Of a stretch of 64,000 nt of DNA, positions 29,532 to 39,600 are shown one piece after another. The notes below the pieces were generated by a model, which saw only the letters and a program-made list of their open reading frames with translations, ran no database searches and was not told where the DNA came from. Every line of letters starts with the position of its first letter. Position 1 is the first letter of the stretch. The DNA is taken from positions 1 to 64,000 of IMG/VR virus record IMGVR_UViG_3300002098_001673; one strand, 5' to 3'. The position numbers were made by a program, and so were the translations under genes. This DNA is from a virus.

Positions 29532-32500
29532 TTATTTTGGAACATATACAAGTTTAGTTGCACTCGTTATTACTACGTTTCTTGAATTACTAATGACAAT
29601 ATTATTTTCTTGAACAATTGTATCGTCCGCTGGTTTAGGTATTGATACCACAATCATTTCACCACTAATAATATTAATCCCTGTTGTAATTAAAATTCCA
29701 TTTATTGTTACTCCTGTAGTAAATTCCAATCCAATACCTTTAATGGTCACAATAGTTCCTGTAGTCCCTGTTGACGGTGAAAAAGATTTAATTGATGGTG
29801 GTGGACAAGTAGGTGTTGGAGCCAGTGTAATATTTAAATTATTTATTGTTTTTTCAGTAGTCGATAATGGAATTGAACCTTCCAATAATTCTTTATTTTT
29901 TGAACTATTTAATCCAACACTTTTAGCAGAATTTAATGCTGACTTAAAACTTGATATTGCTGTCGCATAATCTTTTATAGTTGCGTCATATACAGTTTCA
30001 CTAACAGCTGTTTTTTTAACCCAATAACAAGAATAATATTTTGGTAATCCTATTTGTAATATTCTATTAACATTACTAGATAATCTAGAAATCATAAAAT
30101 TGATAAAGAAGTCTAAACTTGCAAAAGTAGCAATTGGTTGTGCTTGTGGATTAGAATTATTTTGTCCTCCAACATTCACACAAAAATATGATGGTGAAAA
30201 ATAATCACTAGTTGCACCATAATCATCAATTAATTCAATATTGGCAAAATTATAATTAGATGTTTTAAATACTCCGCCCGTTTCTTGAAGTGGGAAAGTT
30301 CTTACATAACAAATGGAATATATTATTGTTTTTAATATTTCATCATTAGTTTTATTATTGATTGCGTCAGCCAATTGTTGTGGTGTTAAAGTAGTTTGTT
30401 GTCCAGGTTCAACGATATATTTTTCATACGCAGGTGCTAATTTAGTGGTACAACTATTTGTAGTATCTTTAGTATTGTCAGATTTTTGAGGTGTATTTGC
30501 GGTTTTATTTTGATTTGTAATTGTAATGTTAATTGTATCATCTTTTCTGGATTTAATCATATCTTCTATTTTTGTTAGTAGATTTTGATTAATACTTTGA
30601 AGGAACTTATCAATTGATGGTAAATCATATATTCCTTGTCTAGTTCCATTAAATTTTGTTTCGAATTGTCCTGGTGTAATTGTGTGTGAAACTTCAGTAA
30701 TAATATATGGTCCATTAAACATAGGTACATGTCTAAGATTAAAATACATCATTGGTTGAATCATTGCATTACCAAAACTTACAACTGCACATTTATAACT
30801 TCTTTGTTTGTATAAATTATATAAACTAACATTTTGTGTTGTAACATTTCTACCTGTAAAATTATTACTTAGTTGTAATTGAGTTTGAATCGATTCAGAA
30901 GTTGCCTTTCCGTTTTCTTGTGAAACAGAAAATGAATAAAAAACATTTTGGCTTCTTATTCCGATATCCACATTAAACCCAACACATTTATTTGAAAGAG
31001 CCCAATCTTTTTTATTTTTTAAATCTTCAATTAACGGATTTTCAGATGCTCTTCTCAATTCAAAAGAATCATCTCTAAATCTAAAATTACCTTTTGGTAA
31101 ATCTAATAAACCAGATGGTTTACTTGCATAAAAACAAACCATTTTTGGACTTGAATTTCTATAATCAACATTTAAAAATGTCCCCCACATATTATTTGCA
31201 AAGGCTAATGAACCTTCAGCCCTTTCTTGAGTAAGTCCATTAACATCTTGTACATTATAAAAATTAACATATGCCGGTAATGGCATTACCACAAAATTAT
31301 TTTTTATTAAAATACCACTTATAAGTGTATAAACACTCATTTCCATATTTAAAGAACTTTTATTTATCGTATCTTTTAACGCAAAAATATCTACTAAAAT
31401 AGTATCCCCAATATTTCTTGACGCTCTATCTAAAAACATAAAATCCTCAAATAATGTTTTTGACTTAAAATCAGAACCAGCAATCCATTTATCATTTAAT
31501 GCTTTAAAAACTTCATAGTTTTCAACTTTACTTATTTGTCCATCAATAGGACTTTGTATTGTACTTTCAGGTAATTGTTGATAGTTTGGTAATGTTGTTC
31601 TTACTTTTGTTAAAGTTGTATTAAAAAAATTATATTGTAAATTTGTCATATCACTCAAATACGAAGATAAATTCGATTTAAATTGAGAACTATTGATATT
31701 ACTATTATTCAATTTTTGTGTTGCATACATTTTAATTAATTGCTTACATAATACAATATTGTCTACACTAAATTCTATATTATTATCAATAAAAAAATCA
31801 GTGATAAAAGAACCTGTATTTTTATATACTAATTCAGGTATTGTGGAAAATCCAACTTCTGTTTCTAATGCAACCCATTCAGATGGATAATTTAATTTAG
31901 AATTTTCTAATGTTGTTCTTCCTGATATTGAAGGTAAACTACCAATAACATATGGGTTAAATTGAATTGGGGTTTCAACTACTGGTGTTGAATATAATGA
32001 AATAAATGAATCAAAAACTCTTCTATTGTAATTAGAAGGATTACCATATCTTAAAATAATATCATATTCCAAAAATGATTTTATAATGTTGGTATATGTT
32101 TCTAATTGATTATTTATCGTATTTTGAAAATATATCTGTTCTGAAACTAATTTATCTTTAGGCGTTATTGTCATTAAATGTCTGAATAGAAGTTGAAAAT
32201 TTTTAAACCCACTATTCATATCCACTTGAGAAGCACCAATTGGTTCAAAAGTAATTAACCCCAAATCAATATCAGTTACTGGTTTACTAAAGTTTAAAAA
32301 TTCTTGTTCAAATTGGTCTAAAACACTTTTTTCAAAAACAGAAAATATTTCTTCTATTTTTGAATACGTATGAAAAGGTAATAAAGACATTGGTGTTTGT
32401 TCTGTTGTTGTAGGGTTAATAAAATTCAAATAAGAATCTGGTTCCGGTTTAACTGTTTGGTCATTATCAAAATATCCATAGTTTGGAGAGCCCCATAATA

Positions 32501-35500
32501 ATCTAACAGAACCATTATACATTGAGGAATTATTAGTTAAATCAACAACAGTTTTATTGCCAATAAAACATTCTGACTTTGTCTGATTAAAAGTCACTCC
32601 AAAAGAAGGAATAACAAAATAATTTTCTTCTTTTGTGTTATCTTTAGGCGCACATTCAGTACCACCTAATAAATCATCAATTCTATCAGGTAATAAAACA
32701 GACCATGTTTTCAAATTTAATGCTTTAAATCCTTGGAAACCATTAATATTAGAATTTTGAAAATTAAATATTTTTAATCCGTTATTAACACTTTGTTGTA
32801 TTTCATAACTCGTATATCCACTATATAAATCATATCCATTATAAAATACATTAAAATCATTAATCACTTTAGGATAAAATCCAGGTTGTAATTTTATTGT
32901 TGCGCGACCTTCATCTATTTGAACTTCTTCTTGTAAAACAATATTTGTTTCATTAACTTCTCCTGTATTTGTAAAAGTATATTCTTTACCTACAAAATTT
33001 GTTATTGGGTCATAATTTTCAGTATAATTAAAATTATTCCAAATACCATCTAAAATATCAACACCTGATTCTTTATATTTTTTATATCTATGCCATATAG
33101 AACCAAATTTTAAAACCCAAGCATACGGCATTTTATGTATTGCTCCAAATTTTTTCAAACAAGATGAAATATAATCTAAATTTTCATTATTGATTGATTG
33201 ATATCTTTCTCTTAAGGACGCTAATGGTAATGAGTTTAAAAAAAGATACGCCGCTTGTGTATATGGATATTTATCTTTTTTTCTTACATTATATACTCCA
33301 TTTTGAATTGCGTTTATAAAATAAGGGGTATTTAATATTGATGTTGTTTTTTTATCTGTATTAAAAATTGTCGGTATTTGATTACCAGTATTTTTACTTG
33401 GAGACACAAAATAACAATATCCCTCACTTGGGATAAAGTCTTTTGGTTTTCTATTAAAATAGAATAAATTTAAATCCTCAGAATTTACTACTGATGGTAT
33501 ACTAACATTTAAATATGAAAAATTAGTAACTGGTCTATTAACCGTATAATCATAAACATTATTAAAATTAGCAATTATATTCCTATCCTGAAAAACAGTT
33601 AAAACTTTATTTGTATTATACACATATTGATTTTGGTTCTTAGAACTCAAATTCATATTTTTGGTAACCCATTCATTATTTGTAAATGGATAAGTATCAA
33701 CAATCAAAAGATTATTAGATGCGTTTTTTAATAATTGAGTCAGTGCTGGTGATTGTGGACTATTTTGTGGCGTTTTACCTAAATCAGTAACATTTAAAAT
33801 ACTAAAAGAATTTTCAGTAATACCTTTAATATATGGTGTTACAAAAAAATCTCTTATAAAATCTTGATACGCTCTTCCTGTTCCTTGGTTTGATATATCT
33901 TTTAAAAAAGATTGATAATCATTAGAATTATAATTAAAGTTTTTTAATTTTAATGCTAAATATGGAGAACTAACTCCTAAACTTGTAACAATATTATTTG
34001 TTTCTGTTTCAATGTTTAAAGTAATTAAATCACTAATTTGATTTTTATTCGCTCTTATCAATCCAGAATAATGTGACGTGAGTAATTGTCTTTCCCAAAT
34101 CTCATAAAAAAATTTAATTTCTTCTTTATTCTGATAAGCAATTCCTGTTTGAGGAAATTCAATAGCATTTATATTAATTAAATTTGTTAATGTATTAGAA
34201 TCTGTTGTAGGTTGTGATGTTGGATTATCAACTTTTTTAATAAGTCCTTTCATAAACTCTTCAACAAATTCAACTTCAGGCCAAACATAAAATAAATTAC
34301 CTTTAGTTATATTTACCACGGATGGGTCCGCAATATATTTTAATTGAAATCTTCCATTTTTATCTTCGGGCGTTTCAACAAAAAATTGAGGCCAAGGGTA
34401 AACAGGTATTTGTGATGTTGATAATCCTTGGTTTTCTTGTTGAGCATTATTAGAAATAGATACTTTATCTCTTGTTTCAGTACTAGGTGCTGAAGAAGGA
34501 TTATCAAGAATTGCCAATCTTCTTATTGGGTCATACTTCATATTCCAAGCATTTGTATGTACGTCATCTAACAAACGTATAAACGCTTCTGCTGATGCCA
34601 TAATAACACCAATTATATTTCTAATTGTTGGTTTAAATCCAATTCCAGTTGCAGAATCTTCAATTTTTTTTGCCAACTGTTCGGTTAATAAATTCTCATA
34701 TTCAGATAGCTTTTTATTTGCTTCAGCATCTATTCTTGAAATAGTTTTATCGAATCTTTGTTCTCCATCAAACACATAAAAACTAGGTGGAACAATTGTT
34801 TTTGGTAATGAAACATTTGAGATTCCAATATTCATAGTTTCAGTATCAAAAGTTAATTTAAATAAATCTTTATATTTTTCTATTACTTTTCTAGTATTTT
34901 CATACGTTGGTGATATAATTCCTGTTTGTTGCTTAGTTGTTTCTTCCCAATTTATTAAATTAAAATTAACATCTTTTTTAATCATTTTATAACTGATATC
35001 ATATTTAATTTCAGTTTTTGATTTATTACCTAATGTTTCATTATTTTTTAGAAGTTCATTATACCTATTAATAATTTCTTCTAATTTTCCTTCAGCAGCA
35101 TTTTTTGCTGCAGCATCAAGATTTTCTTTAAAAGTATATACTAAAGATTTGTCGTTTAAAACAATAGGTCTTGGGTTTAAAAATGTGTTAAACCATGAAT
35201 TTTGAGAACCTCTTACTTCATCAAAATAATTTTTTAAATTTTCTTTATATGTTCTAATATTTGTTAAAGGTTCTAAATCTGCCTTGGTATATGCGTTAGA
35301 AACTGTTTGTTCAAACAAATCTAATTTATTTGATAATTGAATTAATGTTAATTCAGGAAAATTTGGTGCAAGTAATCCTTTCGATTTATACTCACTATAA
35401 ACTTCAACAATTTTTTGATATCCTTTTTCAGTTAATAACTGTTCAACAATATTATTTTTACTATTTGTTAATTCTAATTTGTTTTGTCCTGATTGTCTTG

Positions 35501-36335
35501 TTTGTCCTTCTATGGTTGAATTAGTTGTAGATACGTCAGTCGTTGATTTTATAATGTCAAATCTTTGACTATACATATGTGGTGTAGCAACTAAATTACC
35601 AATTGAAATTTCATTTAAAATGTTAAATTTAAATCCATGAAAATTTAAAGTAACTTGATAGTTTCCACTAAATGAGTTGAATCTAGCATTAAATGTTTCA
35701 AGATTTAATTGATATCTAATAGCTTGTCCATAATACCCCTTTAAAGTTAAATAGAATGGACAAAATGGCATATTAAAAAATGCTGCATACGGTGAATTAT
35801 TTCCAAGTTGGAATAACGCTTTACCTTGTACATCTTCAAGTTCAATGGTTACTGATGGTATAAAAGATGTGTTTGTATTCACAGTTATGCTTTTAATACC
35901 TAATAATCCATTATCAATCACATTTTGTGGGTCTACAACTGTATTTTCTATATATGGTTTACTACCATTTTTAGGATAAATTGTTTGAGATTCAGGTTGA
36001 TTTTGTCCATTTTTATCTACAGTATTTTTTCCAGTTAATTCATCATAATATCCATCATTTAAATACCCATTTTTTGATGGTTTTAAAAAATTTATTTTAG
36101 CAATAGATAATGTTCTTGTCCTATCATCAGGACTACCTCCAATAGCCAATTTAGTTCTTGGAACTATTTCAGCCTCAAGATTAGCATACATTACCAAATT
36201 TTCATGGTCGACTAATCTTTCAGATACTTTTCCAAAAACATCAATTGTTTTATTTGGGTCGACTACAATAATATTATTGTAATCAAATTCGACAAGAATG
36301 TCTCCATTGTTATCCGATGTATATTTACCTGCCAT
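29532..36335 (-). CDS. Very large baseplate hub-like protein with C-terminal IPT/TIG domain
   Basis: 2267 aa. GNAMIQPMMYFNL...FNGPYIITEVSHTITPGQFETKFNGTR resembles the gp27/gpD hub C-terminus; PPPSIKSFSPSTGTTGTIVTIKG is IPT/TIG-like. Confidence 0.65.
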   Translation of the reverse strand: MAGKYTSDNNGDILVEFDYNNIIVVDPNKTIDVFGKVSERLVDHENLVMYANLEAEIVPRTKLAIGGSPDDRTRTLSIAKINFLKPSKNGYLNDGYYDELTGKNTVDKNGQNQPESQTIYPKNGSKPYIENTVVDPQNVIDNGLLGIKSITVNTNTSFIPSVTIELEDVQGKALFQLGNNSPYAAFFNMPFCPFYLTLKGYYGQAIRYQLNLETFNARFNSFSGNYQVTLNFHGFKFNILNEISIGNLVATPHMYSQRFDIIKSTTDVSTTNSTIEGQTRQSGQNKLELTNSKNNIVEQLLTEKGYQKIVEVYSEYKSKGLLAPNFPELTLIQLSNKLDLFEQTVSNAYTKADLEPLTNIRTYKENLKNYFDEVRGSQNSWFNTFLNPRPIVLNDKSLVYTFKENLDAAAKNAAEGKLEEIINRYNELLKNNETLGNKSKTEIKYDISYKMIKKDVNFNLINWEETTKQQTGIISPTYENTRKVIEKYKDLFKLTFDTETMNIGISNVSLPKTIVPPSFYVFDGEQRFDKTISRIDAEANKKLSEYENLLTEQLAKKIEDSATGIGFKPTIRNIIGVIMASAEAFIRLLDDVHTNAWNMKYDPIRRLAILDNPSSAPSTETRDKVSISNNAQQENQGLSTSQIPVYPWPQFFVETPEDKNGRFQLKYIADPSVVNITKGNLFYVWPEVEFVEEFMKGLIKKVDNPTSQPTTDSNTLTNLININAIEFPQTGIAYQNKEEIKFFYEIWERQLLTSHYSGLIRANKNQISDLITLNIETETNNIVTSLGVSSPYLALKLKNFNYNSNDYQSFLKDISNQGTGRAYQDFIRDFFVTPYIKGITENSFSILNVTDLGKTPQNSPQSPALTQLLKNASNNLLIVDTYPFTNNEWVTKNMNLSSKNQNQYVYNTNKVLTVFQDRNIIANFNNVYDYTVNRPVTNFSYLNVSIPSVVNSEDLNLFYFNRKPKDFIPSEGYCYFVSPSKNTGNQIPTIFNTDKKTTSILNTPYFINAIQNGVYNVRKKDKYPYTQAAYLFLNSLPLASLRERYQSINNENLDYISSCLKKFGAIHKMPYAWVLKFGSIWHRYKKYKESGVDILDGIWNNFNYTENYDPITNFVGKEYTFTNTGEVNETNIVLQEEVQIDEGRATIKLQPGFYPKVINDFNVFYNGYDLYSGYTSYEIQQSVNNGLKIFNFQNSNINGFQGFKALNLKTWSVLLPDRIDDLLGGTECAPKDNTKEENYFVIPSFGVTFNQTKSECFIGNKTVVDLTNNSSMYNGSVRLLWGSPNYGYFDNDQTVKPEPDSYLNFINPTTTEQTPMSLLPFHTYSKIEEIFSVFEKSVLDQFEQEFLNFSKPVTDIDLGLITFEPIGASQVDMNSGFKNFQLLFRHLMTITPKDKLVSEQIYFQNTINNQLETYTNIIKSFLEYDIILRYGNPSNYNRRVFDSFISLYSTPVVETPIQFNPYVIGSLPSISGRTTLENSKLNYPSEWVALETEVGFSTIPELVYKNTGSFITDFFIDNNIEFSVDNIVLCKQLIKMYATQKLNNSNINSSQFKSNLSSYLSDMTNLQYNFFNTTLTKVRTTLPNYQQLPESTIQSPIDGQISKVENYEVFKALNDKWIAGSDFKSKTLFEDFMFLDRASRNIGDTILVDIFALKDTINKSSLNMEMSVYTLISGILIKNNFVVMPLPAYVNFYNVQDVNGLTQERAEGSLAFANNMWGTFLNVDYRNSSPKMVCFYASKPSGLLDLPKGNFRFRDDSFELRRASENPLIEDLKNKKDWALSNKCVGFNVDIGIRSQNVFYSFSVSQENGKATSESIQTQLQLSNNFTGRNVTTQNVSLYNLYKQRSYKCAVVSFGNAMIQPMMYFNLRHVPMFNGPYIITEVSHTITPGQFETKFNGTRQGIYDLPSIDKFLQSINQNLLTKIEDMIKSRKDDTINITITNQNKTANTPQKSDNTKDTTNSCTTKLAPAYEKYIVEPGQQTTLTPQQLADAINNKTNDEILKTIIYSICYVRTFPLQETGGVFKTSNYNFANIELIDDYGATSDYFSPSYFCVNVGGQNNSNPQAQPIATFASLDFFINFMISRLSSNVNRILQIGLPKYYSCYWVKKTAVSETVYDATIKDYATAISSFKSALNSAKSVGLNSSKNKELLEGSIPLSTTEKTINNLNITLAPTPTCPPPSIKSFSPSTGTTGTIVTIKGIGLEFTTGVTINGILITTGINIISGEMIVVSIPKPADDTIVQENNIVISNSRNVVITSATKLVYVPK

Positions 36336-36648
36336 AATAATAAAAATGATTTTCTAATGCTGCTTTATAATCTTGTAAAGATGGTATTAAAGGAAAAGGT
36401 ATTATTAATACCGCACCATCATATATATAATTTTCCAATCCCCCAAATTGGGGATTTGCTTGCAAAATTAACCATCCAAAATAAGGTGAGTTATAATATT
36501 CTTGAGAAACTTTATCTAATCTACTTTGAGCAACTTTATATATATAAGCCTTATCTGTCGTTTTTTGAGGCAAATAAACAAAAGGAACTACAGTTTGTTC
36601 TCCATTTATTAAAAATTCTGAATATCTGTTATAATAAGGAAATGCCAT
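36325..36648 (-). CDS. LysM-like baseplate protein (gp53 / P2 gpX-like)
   Basis: SRLDKVSQEYYNSPYFGWLILQANP...GAVLIIP. Confidence 0.75.
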   Translation of the reverse strand: MAFPYYNRYSEFLINGEQTVVPFVYLPQKTTDKAYIYKVAQSRLDKVSQEYYNSPYFGWLILQANPQFGGLENYIYDGAVLIIPFPLIPSLQDYKAALENHFYYYGR

Positions 36649-39600
36649 TAGTTTAATTTTATTTTAGAAATATATACATTCGTATTATTTAAAGTATTCC
36701 ATTTTTTATTATTAGTATTTTGATTTCCAGTTTGTGTTGAATTATTTAAACTAATAATTAATTCTTTTTGTTCACTCTTTGGATTATTCATTACTTTATA
36801 AGTAAACATTCTTTTTTTATTTTTTGGAAACGGTGTATACACAACAAAATCTTTAAAAATTCCTTTTTCAAGACTATTTAAAAATTCTGTAGTAATATTA
36901 TTTTCTTCTTCAAATTTAGGTTTTGCAATACTCATCCAATAAAAAGAAAATTCTTTATCCACATCAACATTTCCATTACCAAGTATAGATGAATTATTTA
37001 CAATATCACCAATAATTGCAGTTTTGAATGTTTGAAAATTTTTATCATCAATAATATCATTTGATAAAATCATATACATTCGTCTAAAAGTTTTATTATT
37101 AAACTCATCTAATTCACTAAATGGATTAAAAACTTCTTTTAGCAAAGTTTTCGAACTTGTTTTATCACTTTCACCATTTGCCCCATATAGTAAATAACCA
37201 ATATAATCTTTTGATTTGTATTTAAATAAAATTTGATTTTGAGCAAACTGATAATACCCAATCAACCCATCACCAATTTTTTTAATGTCTTGGTTTAATT
37301 CATCTAATGTTGTTCCATCACTTCCTTGATAAACATCAGTTGTCCCACTAATGTTATATATTACGGCATTACCATTTAATTGTTGTAATCCATCAGTACC
37401 CTCTGTTGGTGTTGGTGGATATAATAATACGTTCGCTTTACTAAGATATTGGATATAATTTTGTTGTGCAATTGTAAATTCTTGAGTTATTTTTGTTATA
37501 TCAGTTTGGTATCTTGATTTTTTATTTTTAATAAAATTACCATAATTATGTTTTAATTGTCTAATAACTTTTTCAGAAAATCCAAGTTTTTTTTGTGACA
37601 TATATTGTATAAATCTATCTTGTTCTTCTTCATTATTTGTTTTAATATTAGACATTAAATCATCAAATACTTTATCTATTCTATAAACTAATCCATTTTT
37701 TTTACTATCTAAATTTGGTTTTCCAATTAATGGTACATTAACTGTTGTATTTGATAATAAATTTCCATCAACATATAATCTTTCAGCGGTCCAGTTTTGA
37801 AGCAACGCATTATTATATTGTTTAAGAGATTCTTTACTCTTATTAATAAAATTAATAAAATAATTTTGAGATGCTTCTGAAAAACTATCCATAAATGTTT
37901 GATATGATATTGTTCCTATCGTATCACCACTTACATTTTTTACAGTCGATATTATTGTACCAATAGTATCATTATTTGATTGTCCATTATTGTTTTGAAC
38001 TTGATTTGTTGTTGGTGGATTAGTTTTTGTATAATTTAAAAAATCTTTATCTATTATTTTTAAGCTGTCATCAGTTACATCTGCTCTATCATCATACATT
38101 TCAGTATTTGCGTAATAGTTAAACGTTAAAGCGTTTTGAAGTTTATCTACGGCAGTTTTCAATCCACTACCTCCAACAAAACTAAATCCTAATGTAATAT
38201 TAGCAATCATTGGTTGTATCCCAATTCCTTCAGGATTCAAATCTAAATTTTCATAAGTAATACTTAAATTTGATGGAATAATTTTAGTATTATAAAAATC
38301 CCCAATTCTTAATACTAAAACAGGTGGAGCACCAAATGCAGTATTTGTCGCATCATTGTATTGTAATTCTGGTTTACCATCAGGCGAATTTTGTTTTATT
38401 GTTGGTATTGTATCTCCAGGTCTCATACATTGTTGTAAAAAAGTAAGTCTAGAATTTAATCCTTCAGGTGTCGTAGAATGAAAAGCTGGTTGAAAATATT
38501 TTAATTTTTCTTTTAAGTTATCATAAACCATAGGTGTATCTTGTTTTATTGTTTCAAAATAATCACATTCTGACAATAAAGCTCTTAACACTTTTTTTGT
38601 TATATTATCACTAGGTTTAGGATTTTGTTCTAAACTTTGTGGTTTTGTTGTTGATGGAGTTATTGTTCCAACTAAAACATCTGGTGGTTTTTGTTGTGTA
38701 ACATTTACAGGTTGAGCTGGCGGTGGTTGATTTAGGTTTGGAATTATACTTGATATATAAGCCCTTCTACACGCCATAGCATTTGTCGAATAAATCTTCG
38801 TGGTAAGAGTTTGGCTATCTGATGGGTTATCACCATCAGTACAACTAACTTTTTGTCCTGATAATTTACCAGTTTCTTTATTATATATTGATACTTCAGA
38901 ATTTTCTCCCAAAGCCTGCCCTTTTTTAATTAATAATCTTTGTGTCTGAACAAAATTTTGAATACGAGTGTCTGATGTAAAAAATATAATGGCAGAATCA
39001 ATTCTTTTTTCAGATAATTTTAGATTATATGCGTTTGATGCTGGAGCAGAAGTCATTCCGTCAATAATTATTGTTACAGTTCCTGTACTATTAGTTAATT
39101 GTTTTTGTAATTCATTTATTAACTCATTTAAATTATCATAATTAGATGTTACAACACTATTAAAAAATGATGATGTTTGTTCTGCAGTACTTGGTGATTG
39201 TTCTTGATAATATTTTTTATTTGAATCTGAAGTATACCTTGTATATTCAGTGTTATAATTAACTCCAAAAGTTTTCGGATAGTCATTACCAAAATAAAAC
39301 CCTAAATTATTAAAACTTTTTAAGTCTACTTTTGTAGTAGAATTAGCACTATTACTTGAACTAATAGATTGGTTTACTTGATTATCAACTGGTTTATCTC
39401 CAGATTGTGCTGTTTCAATTGAATATTGAATTTGTTCTTTTGTTTCTTTTTTTGAAGAAATCGCTTCTTGTAGTAATTGTAAATCGTTTGGTGGTATTGT
39501 ATAATATTTTTTAGCTAATTCATATAAATCATATTTTAAACATCCAGCAAAGAAAGATTCTAACATTTGGTCTATTCTTGCTTTATTTGTTTCATTTGTT

